Part shown: positions 52,130 through 64,000 of the stretch, one piece after another
Numbering within the stretch: position 1 is the stretch's first letter
How the letters are laid out: every line of letters starts with the position of its first letter
Program-made: the position numbers and the translations under genes
Source: Eledone cirrhosa
Taxonomy: Eukaryota
Direction: 5' to 3'
NCBI GenBank assembly: GCA_964016885.1
Contig: OZ024742.1
Coordinates: forward strand, 152,396,001-152,460,000
DNA length: 64,000 nt
The notes under the pieces: generated by a model
What the model was told of the DNA's origin: nothing
The model's input: the letters and a program-made list of their open reading frames with translations, nothing else
Databases searched by the model: none

Positions 52130-52330
52130 ATATACATTGTGAATTACCAGTTATACTAGTAAGACCATATTCTGATAATTACTCGATACGTGGGAAAGTA
52201 GAGTGTATGTATAATGAAAACTTAGTACCTGACGGCTGAGTTCTCGCCGTTGAAACAGCGAGAGAATAACTGAATTATGTGTTCGGCTTTTTCTTTTCTA
52301 CCTATTTCCATATACTGTTTCATCATGATC
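52130..52330 (-). ncRNA. Non-palindromic family X copy retaining both HHR core halves (decayed)
   Basis: Reverse complement reads ATGATGA-aacag...ctgtt-TCAAC-ggc-gagaactca-gcc-GTC-agg, then a family X-like tail (cactcta..gtatcgagta..tatggtc). Confidence 0.6.
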
Positions 52331-52909
52331 GAGATGTGTAGAGTAAGTAGAGAAAAAGGTGTAATTAGGGGGAGGAGGAAAAAGGTCACAGAGTGATCTA
52401 TTGGGGATGGTGGGGGGTGGGGGGCCCTTATCGATAGTCTCCTTGCCACGAAGCATCTGTCGCCATGTCTGTATTGATAGCACCGAAAAACCCGTTAAAA
52501 TGTTTTCAACAATGCGGGAGTAGCCAATAACAATGAAATATCATAACTAATAATTAATGATTAGAGAACTGCTAGACTGTATCAGGGATATTTTTTCTGA
52601 ACACGTTATTAAAATAAGTTGGGTTACTTTGAATAAATCATGAATGAATATTATGGAATTTATCTTCTAAATTTCAGTGTTCTTAATTAAACATAAATAT
52701 TCTTATATATAGTGATTGCTTATTTCAAAATTCCCTTCATTTAAAATGTTCAAATGTTAACACATCCGATTAACGTCCGTTAACGCTTCGCCGTACTCTA
52801 TATCACATCGCTTATGTATCATTATATATAAACGTTCATATATTCGCATCGTTATATTATAACGTTTATATTTCCGTCGTTATTCTCATTTTCTCCTTTT
52901 TGTTTTCAG

Positions 52910-54070
<1,161 letters not shown>

Positions 54071-54970
54071 TAATCCACATGTTCATATCCTCAACCGAGG
54101 AAATTCATGCACTCGATGAGCGAAGCGTCAGAGTGGAATCTTTCGGTATAAAGGAAATGTCCAGGGTGAAATCTGAAAAGTAGCAATGTTCCCTACAGCT
54201 TGTAGTATACAGCAGTGAAACCGATTGCGATCATCGTACCAACGTGTCTAACCGATAAGAAGCTATTAGTAAGTACTGTAAACAATTACGTAGGATGACG
54301 CTTAATAGTGTAGTTCGACCCACTATATAAGTATAAGAAAGATAAAGATAAATCAAATTATATTAAAGTATGGTCAGAGACGTACAATGTAATAAAATAC
54401 GTGAAACACCATGGTACAAAATATAAAAGTATACGACATAAAATATAGAACAGTGGATACCTTGTGATCATACCTGAAGTAAATAAGAAGCTACATATAA
54501 TAAATGTAATAAAATAGATGCAATAATATGCAATAAAATAGCCTGAGATTCCGCACCAGGGTAGTTAAGCATATATACAAATGTGCCTATATATATAAAG
54601 AAAGAAATAAAGAAAATGAATCTGAAAAGTATACAGAAGTGAGATAGGAATAGAGTTCATAGAGTTTGTAGAGAGTCTTTCAATGGTTTGCCAGTTTCTG
54701 TGCAGCAGGTGTAGGGTTCTTTTTTCAAAAGGAGTTCAACCAAATGGATTGCGGTGGGTGAAATTCTGGAAATTATTGTCCGTGGTCAGGGGATGATTTC
54801 GCTATCCATGTTATGCCAGTCCAGAAGGATAAGTTCCATCTTCTGATAAGCTTTGGTTGTCATATAGAAATTGATATTTAAGCCCAATCCGTTGCATTGT
54901 GTCGTGTGATTCGGGCAAAGCAGATGAAGCCACGTCTCATTTAATCGATATATTTAATACTCCCGCTTTC

Positions 54971-55021
<51 letters not shown>

Positions 55022-55088
55022 TATAAGTCGTCTACTTTGATGTTTCCGTTTACTGTTTACGCCCACGCACGCGCACACACACACACAA

Positions 55089-55122
<34 letters not shown>

Positions 55123-55183
55123 CTGCCCCAGAATTGTTAGAACACCCGTTAAAATAACATTACTCTAACTCTTAACATTAATG

Positions 55184-55335
55184 CGTTCAAATCCCGGCGG
55201 GGGCAAATTTGCCTTTTGCTCCTTCGGGGTAGGGGCGATAAAATATTGTACTAGTCAAGTATTGTGGGTTATTTTAATCCGCTCTGCCCTGCTCTCTAGT
55301 TTGCTAGCGTTGAGCCTACATTAGAAATCAATATA
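55184..55335 (+). mobile_element. Diverged SINE
   Basis: gttcaaatcccggcgggggcaaatttgccttttgctccttcgggg..gataaaata. Confidence 0.7.
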
Positions 55336-55676
55336 TTTATGTATATATAAATATAATAAGATACTGAATTATTTTACTGCTAGATTAACTATATTTAATC
55401 TAATATTCAGTAATCCATAATTGTTTCGGAAAATGTGATCAATCATTTCTATTTAACATAACATGTTGGATCTGTGCAATCCCATCTTTTCAATCTGTTA
55501 CTTAATTTCTAGAAAGGAATAGATTTCGATTGGGAATATCCTAATTTATAACTTTATCGACGTTAGTTTTATAGAATTAGAAGTATATATATGATTCGGG
55601 TGTGAATATATGGTATGGATGTGATCGAAAGATCGGGAAATATCATACATCATTGAATATTGTGTATGGTATCACG

Positions 55677-55721
<45 letters not shown>

Positions 55722-56014
55722 CAAGTATGTATGTATTTCAATAAAGTGACTGAGAAAGGGAGAAGGTAAAGTGATAAAGAGAGAGTGTGTTTGTCAGCAG
55801 AAGGTGTCACACGCCGGACCAAGAGTTTTAGAGTATTAGGAGGTGACCTTTTATTACTACGTCCGTTGAAAATATAGTGAACACCAACCATATTCTGTTT
55901 TCAAGAGATGCGGCGGGATCGAACTCTCATGAGGGTGTACTTTACCTGATTTTTTAAACTATTAATTATAGTGATCGGCAATTATTATTAATATTATTAT
56001 TATTACTATTATTA

Positions 56015-59000
56015 CAGTTACATTTATCTTGCTTTATGTTCATACGAGTTATCACCAAGTGACAACCAGTGACCTCAAGAGACAACAAGGTCCGCCATGT
56101 TCAAAAAAGAACATACATACTCACACATGCATCTTTAGTGTTTAGACTTGTGATGTACTTATATTGACAGAATCTTCCTTAGTATATGGGCAGTTCCCAT
56201 TAGTACTATCTTTTGTATTTCTCCTATACGCGGGTTTCCTGGGATTTGCAATAAGTAATCATTAGACCCCTTAGGTATCATTCCCAGAGCGCCTACAACC
56301 ACTGGTATTGTTTTAGTTCTCAATTCCCACATTTTTCCAATTTCTATCTCCAGGTCCTTATACTTGCTCAATTTTTTTAATGTTTTTATAGATACATTCT
56401 TGTCTATTGGAACAGACATATCAATTAGCAGGCATACCCTCTTTTTAAAGTCCCTCAATATTATATCAGGTCTATTTGCATCTATTTTTCGGTCTGTTTG
56501 GATGCTAAATTTCCACAAGATTGAGATGTGATCTTTTTCAAGTATGGGAGGTGGTTGATGCTCCCACCAATTCTTTTGATGGGGCAGGTCGAAATGCTTA
56601 CACATTATCCAATGTATGTATTGTGCAGCTCTGTCATGCCTGTTTAGGTATTCGGTTGGAGCTATAGGACTGCACATTGAAATTATATGGTCAATGGTCT
56701 CTGGTTGTTTTTTGCATACACGGCATAATGGGCTGCATCCATTTTTTTATTATGTTGGCTTGGTAATTTGTTGTTGGCAGACACTGATCTTGTGCTGATA
56801 TAATCAGTCCTTCAGTCTCCGATTTCAGTCCAGAGGATGCCAACCACTGATGGGTTAAAGTTTTGTCAACATCAGGATTGTTAACTCGCTCTGGGTATTT
56901 TCCATACAGAGGCTTTTCTTGCCATTTCTTAGCCAGTTTCTGTAGCAGTTCTTTCTTTGCAGTTACTTTTACCTGCTTTGCTTTTTCTGTGTTTTCCATT
57001 TCAGCAGTAAATGGGACTTCTGAAATTTGTAGTCCATTACTGTATCTTTGTGCATCCTTTGTAATGGAATATGATCTTTTGATGCTTTCGTGTTTCAAAA
57101 CGAGTTTGATCATCCAATCATGTGATTCCCTCAGATATGTAGATAATCCAATTGTTGCAGTTTTCAACGCAATGTCTAACTGGATTAACCCACGTCCTCC
57201 TTCTTTCCTAGGGAGATATATTCTATCTATATCTGCCTTAGGGTGATGCATTCTGTGCATGGTTAAGAATTTTCGAATGTTTGTATCGAGTCTACGGATC
57301 TCTGTGCTTGACCATTTGATGACATTGTAACTGTAGGTTACTACTGGTATGGCAAGCGTGTTTATGGCATCGATCCTATTCCTTGCATTCAATTCCGTTC
57401 TTAAGATTGCTCTTACTTTGCGGTAACATTCCTTCCTTATCCTTCCCCTCATTGTCGAGTGCTTGATTCCGTCTCCTTCACAAACACCTAGATATTTGTA
57501 AGTTTTTTCTTGATCAAGTTCTCTTATCACGTTCCCCCGATCAAGATTAATGTCTGAACTCTTCAGCAGCTTTCCTCTGGTGAACGTTGCTTTGGCGCAT
57601 TTATCTAGTCCAAACTCCATTTTAATGTCATCACTGAACTGCTCCACAGTGGATAATAGCCCTTGCAATTGTTCAGAATTTTTTGCAAATAGTTTCAGGT
57701 CATCCATGTAGAACAAGTGATTAATGGTTTTGTCATAGACTTTATATCCATGTTTTGTTTCATTGAGCATTTTACTTAATGGTATAAGTGCGATGCAGAA
57801 TAAAAGCGGTGATAAAGAGTCACCCTGAAAAATTCCACAATTAATATTAACTTCTCCAGCTTCCAGCTTTCAAAAGGAGTGTCGTTTTCCATGTCTTCAT
57901 ACTTAATGACAAAAACTCCTGAAAATATCTAAACATTTTTCAATCCAACTGTGTGGCAAACTATCGAATGCTTTTTTATAATCTATCCAAGCAATCGATA
58001 GATTTTGATATCTATTATGACAATCTTCCAGTATCATTTTGTTGACCAGAAGCTGATCCTTACAGCCATATGAGCCTCGTTTACACCCTTTCTGCTCAAT
58101 GGGAAATAGGTTATTTGTTATCAGGTGGTCATATGTGTATTCAGTTAGGACTGATGTTAAAATTTATACATTGTGTTCAAGCAAGATATTTGGTCTGTAA
58201 TTTTTGGGATTGTTTGTCTCATCATTCTTCGGAAGCAGGAATGTAATGCCGTTAACTAGCAATGATGGTATCTTTTCTGGCTCCTTAACTATTTCATTGT
58301 AAAGTGATGAGACTCTGTGAAGGCATTTATCCAAAAATGTTGTATTTTGTCTTTTCCTGGGGATTTGCATTTGCTGGTTTTTCTAAGAGACAAACGCAAC
58401 TGTTCAACTGTTATATTTTCCCATATTTGTTCCTGAAGGTGAGCTGTATCTTTCATTTGTCTGTCTATCCATGAGGCATGTATGTTATGAACTTTTTCTT
58501 CGGCCCAGATCTTTTCCCAGAATTCCTGCACTTCCTCCTTGGGTGGTATTGATTTAGCAGTTATTGTTGACTTACCAATTTTTCTGTAGAAGTTTCTTTG
58601 GTTGTTCTTGAACATATTATTGTCCTTATAGAATCTAGATCGTTTTTCAAAGCGCCTTATACGAGCAGCTTTGGCCAACACTTTTTGCTTGCTATTTCTA
58701 TCAGCATGTCTATGTCACTTGTTGATTTTATACTGTACTATTTTTTCAATTTTCTAAGTTTAGTTTGTTTAACATGTTCACCTACTTTATAGTTTGTTAA
58801 AATGTCTATGTCAGATCGGAGAAGGTTTATTTGGCGATTGATGTTCTCTTGCCAAGTAGATTTCTTGTGGGAATTCCTTTGTTTTTTCATCTTCACTCCA
58901 CATAAGTGAGTGGTGACTTTAGCCGATGCATAATAGAGATGATTTAAATCAGTAATGTTTAGTTTGTTTGTGATGATAATGTTTTGAGAATTATGTTAGT

Positions 59001-59795
59001 CTTGTGTATTATCTTTTGGTTCTGATTGAAGTTCTGGATCTTAGGGAGGGTGTCTCGTTGCTCCATGTCAGATTCTTTCATTTTCATCCATTCGATCATA
59101 ATTTCATCCTTCAAGTTGGCAAGTTCATTCTCATTCATTTCTTTATCATTTACGATCTCATTATTTTCATTTGGGGTTTCATCTTGAGCATGCACTCCCT
59201 CCACTTTTTCGATCCTTTATTTAATTTGTTCTGTTGCCAGTGATTCCGCCCCAACCCTGGGATTCGAAGTGTTACAATTTACATCGTTTTCACTGACACA
59301 TGTTTCATTTTCCCTTCGCTGACTTTGTGCTAATAGCTTGATCTGATCAATTTCTATATCAGTTAGTAACTTTTTTCTTACAATATTTCTTCGTATATTG
59401 GCTAGTTTGTTACTGTCAATATAGCCTCTGTTTTCGGGCTGTTTCTTTTCCAGTTGATATATGTCTGTTCTGTATTCGATGTATTTGATGGGTAGTACAT
59501 GGCAGTGTAGAAAGCCTCAAGGAATTCTTTATTATCTTCCCTTGACCATTTTTCTCTCTTTTTTTACCCGGGTGACGGCCGATCCGGTATGAGATTTTAT
59601 CATTAGACATTTACTTTATTTTGTCGCGTTTTATCCTTATCCGCCAAGGGGTAATTATTTCGTGTTACCACGTCTAGAACGAGTGTCAACCAAGACTAGA
59701 GGGGTCGTTCTCCCCTAGAGACATGGCTATTCCCCGCGGCCGCCATCCCGGTATTTCTTGGTCACGGGCTTTTCTTTTTGTTGTTTTTTTTAAAT
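56015..59795 (-). mobile_element. R4/Dong-like family B, near full length, frameshifted
   Basis: ATG near 59610; KSPGKDKI, PKNYRP, HLFYMDDLKLF, LKSETEG, RHD and RPDII. Bounded by (TTA)n at the 3' end. Confidence 0.93.
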
Positions 59796-59926
59796 TGTTA
59801 TTATCATGAGTGGTTCCTTAATGTGAGCATTGCGTGGCTTAAGAATGAAATTATTAATAATTGTCTCCACTCCAGGCACAGGCCAGCAATCACCCAGTGC
59901 ATTACTTATTATTATTATTATTATTA

Positions 59927-60510
59927 CAGTTGCATTTATCTTGCTTCATGTTCATACGACTTATCACCAAGTCACAACCAGTGACCTCAAGAGACAACAA
60001 GGTCCGCCATGTTCAAGAAAGAACATACATATTCACACATGCATCTTTAGTGTTTAGACTTGTGATGTACTTATATTGACAGAATCTTCCTTAGTATATG
60101 GGCAGTTCCCATTAATACTATCTTTTGTATTTCTCCTATACGCGGGTTTCCTGGGATTTGCGATATGTAATCATTAGACCCCTTAGGTATCATTCCCAGA
60201 GCGCCTACAACCACTGGTATTGTTTTAGTTCTCAATTTCCACATTTTTCCAATTTCTATCTCCAGGTCCTTATACTTGCTCAAATTTTCAAATGTTTTTA
60301 TAGATACATTCTTGTCTATTGGAACAGACATATCAATTAGCAGGCATACCCTCTTTTTAAAGTCTTTCAATATTATATCAGGTCTGTTTGCATCTATTTT
60401 TCGGTCTGTTTGGATGCTAAAGTTCCACAAGATTGAGATGTGATCTTTTTCAAGTATGGGAGGTGGTTGATGCTCCCACCAATTCTTTTGATGGGGCAGG
60501 TCAAAATGCT
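59927..60510 (-). mobile_element. R4/Dong-like family B, 3' fragment
   Basis: Closely matches 56015-56600. Confidence 0.92.
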
Positions 60511-60534
60511 TATTATTATTATTATTATTATTAC

Positions 60535-60566
<32 letters not shown>

Positions 60567-60567
<1 letters not shown>

Positions 60568-63500
60568 TCCTTGAATCTCAGTCATTGATGTTAGTTAACT
60601 GGAAAGTCCGTTGGAATGAATATCAAGCCACTACCTGCAGCCTCAGATATTCAGGACGTATCGGAGGGTTCTTGCTGTTCCCAGCAAGCATGCCTTTTGA
60701 AGCGTTCCAAAAGCGTGAAGGGGCCGATTTTCTTTAACCATCCCTGGAAACTTTTGGAGATAGTCCCCAGTGCGCCTATGACAATCGGGATCACTTTGAC
60801 TTCAAGGCAGTTCTAAATCCTTTTTACCTCCCACTTTAAGTCCTGGTATCGGTTAATTTTCTCCCTCTCCTTCTCTTGCACTCTCGTGTCGAATGGGCAG
60901 GCCACATCCACAATCAGACACGATCTTTTTTCCTTGTCCACAACCACCAGGTCAGGTCTATTGTGTTCCAGTTTCTTGTCCGTCTGTATCCTAAAATCCC
61001 ACAGCACCTTCACCTGATCGTTCTCCATCACCGCCCCTGGCTTATGCTCATACCATTTCTCAGAATGTGGTAAATTGTTAACTTTGCACAGGTGCCAGTG
61101 GATCACCCTGCCCATCACATCATGTCTCCAGCCCTTATAGTGGGTCTGGGCTACGTGTTTACACTCGGATACAATGTGAGCCACAGTCTCCTCTCTCTCT
61201 CCACAGATCCTGCACAGTGGGCTAGCCTCCTCCTTGTAAATATGGTGTTTCAACCACTTCGTTTTGCGGGCCTGCTCCTGCGCAGCCATTAACATTCCTT
61301 CTGTAGCCTCTTTGAGGTCTCCTCTTCTCAACCAGTTCCATGTCTGTGGATCTCTAAATTCAGTTTTCTCAAAGAAGGTACTCTGAAGGGATTTTCCCTG
61401 AAGGCTGCTCTTTCTCCTCGATGTTATTTCCTCCTCGGACATCCCCTGGCCTATTGTCCCCTCCTTCAGTACAGTTCTGAGCATTGGCTCCATACTATCA
61501 GTCACGTATTTGTGTAGGTTGTTTTTCTCCATCTGAACACAGTCCTCTATGCTGATAAGACCTCTTCCACCCTCAGATCTCCTTAGGTAGAGTCTATCGA
61601 CATCACTCCTCTTGTGGAACATGTTGTAGATAGTCAATAGCTTCCTAGTCTTCCTAGCCATTTCTTTTTGTTCAGCAACATTCCATCTCAGAATTCCCGC
61701 ACTGTACCTAATAATAGGCAGAGCTCGGGAATTTACTGCGCTTATGGCATTTCTGCTGTTCAGATGTGACTTCAATACGCTCCTTACTCTCTGAATGTAT
61801 TCAGTTCTTAACAATTCCTTCATTTTTTTGTTCTTTATGCCATCAGCCTCCAGAACGCCCAAATACTTGTATCCTTCCTCAGAGTCAATTTCCTTTATCA
61901 TCTCACCTGTTGGTATCTGGATTCCGTTACTTCTGCTCAACTTACCCCTCCTCATCACAATGACCCCACACTTACTTATACCAAACTGCATACATATATC
62001 ACTGCTGAAAATACGGACAGTGTCAACAAGCACATCCAACTCCTTCTCACTCTTCCCGAATAGCTTAAGATCGTCCATGAAGAGGAGGTGATTGATGGTA
62101 AGCTCTCCCCTTCCCAACTTGTATCTTGCTCTCAATCTTCGCTGCATAATGGTCAGGGGCATCAGGGCAAGGACAAACAACGCTTCCCAAGGATTCTCCA
62201 GTTGATGTCAACTCTGTTTCCCAGGACCTCATACTCCTGCCCAGCAACTGTCTGATGTTATCTGCCACCTTGAAGATCTCCAGGCTTTTGGTGATCCAAG
62301 AATGAGGCACCATGTCAAATGCCTTTCTGTAGTCTATCCATCCCATGGCAAGATCAGTGTGTCTCCTCCTGCAATTCCCCATTACCATCTTATCAATAAG
62401 TAACTGGTCCTTTGTACCACGTGACTTCTTTCGGCATCCTTTCTGTTCGTCCGGTAACAAGTTGCTTGTGTGGAGGTGATGGTAGATTTCCTCAGACACA
62501 ATGCTCGTCAACAGTTTCCACATTACGGACAGACATGTGATAGGTCTATAGTTGGTAACATCATTACCCTTGATTCGGTCTTTTATTATCAGAACTGTGG
62601 TACCTTTTGTCAACCACTCTGGTACCTCACCTGACATCAAGCAGTCATTGAACATGGCTGTCAGTTTCGGGTGGAGGGATGTTATATTTTTAATCCAATA
62701 ACCCTGCACACCATCTGGGCCTGGTGATTTCTAGTTGGTTAGTACTTTGGCCTGCCCCTTAAGAGTTTCAACTGTGATACTCAAATCAGTTTGTTGGTGT
62801 GCCTGCTCACCGATCTCCCTCTGTACTCTCTCAATCCACCCTGCCTGGTCATTATGTCTAACATCCTGCTCCCATATTCCTCTCCAGAATGTTTTAGTTT
62901 GTTCCGCCTCAGGGATCAAGTCGTTGCCTTTTTCTTTCCCCTCAAACTGTCCAAACAGCATCTTCTGGTTGTTGTCGAACATGCGGTTCTGTTTATACTG
63001 ACTGACTCTGTTCTCGTATCGCCTGATTTTTGCACTCTTTGCTACAATGCGTTGCTTCAGTTCCTCTATGATAATATTTAGCTTTTTCCTCCTAGTTTTG
63101 TACTTTATTTCCAGTCTATTTTTAGTGCCTATGTTTTTTAGTGTCCCATTCAGTAGTGACTCAAGCTTTCCAATGTCATTCTCATTTCCCTGATTTGACC
63201 ACTCAGTCGTTTCTTCCACCAAGGCTCTGCTCTTTCTTGTCTGTTGTTTCCTCTCGCTTTTATACCAAGTAGTTTCCTCACCGTATTTGCTGTTGCTTTG
63301 AGGTTATTGTTGCATTGGTGAAGGCTCCTCGCCTCAAGGTATGGGATGACTTTGTTTACCTTAGCTGTTGTTTCTTTTAACTTTTTCCTGTCTACAAATC
63401 TTAGGTTCATAGGTCACCCACTATCATTGTTCAAATCATCTACCACTAAATTTAGGATGTCAACCGAATCTCGTCCTAGCCCGTCAGCATTCATCTCCTC

Positions 63501-64000
63501 AGTGGCCGTATCTCTGTTCCAGGTATTATTTATCTCAGTATTCAGATCATTGTCTGCTTCGGGTGGTTCCTCCGTTCTCTCGACCTCTTCACCTTTATTT
63601 CCCACTGGCTCGTTTGCCTGGCATACTCCACCCTCCAACTCCAAGCTAATCTCTCTGCTCAGTTCCTCCAGTTCCAGCTCGCTTATCCACCCATTAGTTC
63701 TTATTACCCGAGCCTGCCCGGCCAATTTTTGTTCATCTAATTTAAATAGACCAATCTCGTTCCAGATGTTATGCATCCGTCTCCTATAGCCCCTCTCCTT
63801 GGGGTTACTTTTCAGGTAACATTGCATAACAGTTCTATTCAATTCTTTCGTCCAGTTGGTTCTGGTCCCTTTCCTTCTTCTTCTTCCTCCGACACCAGCA
63901 GTATTTGGTTGACAGCCAGGTTCCTGCTGCTGAGCCAGGGAGCACCTGTTGGGTGAGACTCTGTCACATGACGTTCTAGTCTCCATTTCACCGTTATTCG
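60567..64000 (-). mobile_element. R4/Dong-like family A, near full length (continues past the window edge)
   Basis: N-terminal RTNWTKELN..CYLKS..GYRRRM, then RT, zinc knuckle and REL. Deletion of the IKRGIFQGDSLSP-coding segment near 62180. Confidence 0.93.

Overview
Eukaryotic (metazoan) repeat-rich, non-genic DNA. The SINE family and microsatellite profile suggest a mollusc, probably an octopus; this is an inference. There is no intact host gene, and most track ORFs are microsatellite or antisense artefacts. Two microsatellite niches are colonised by different retroelements. (1) (TA)n tracts hold five decayed Penelope-like elements (PLEs; RT + GIY-YIG) and more than 20 hammerhead-ribozyme (HHR) motifs from about 9 families. 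These include a non-coding ~530-nt tandem, circularly permuted, retrozyme-like family, and short palindromes made of HHR 3' halves folded back at helix II. (2) (TAA)n tracts hold nested clusters of R4/Dong-like REL retrotransposons (two families) and Tx1/L1-like APE retrotransposons in strictly opposite polarity. Also present are Nin/Deu-type tRNA SINEs, Hero- and RTE-like fragments, a TA-flanked TIR pair, and possibly relics of a DEG/ENaC-like gene (low confidence). The most interesting signal is a recurring 'tail-out' inverted architecture of HHR elements whose junctions often fall on ribozyme helices. All RNA pairings were read by eye, not computed.
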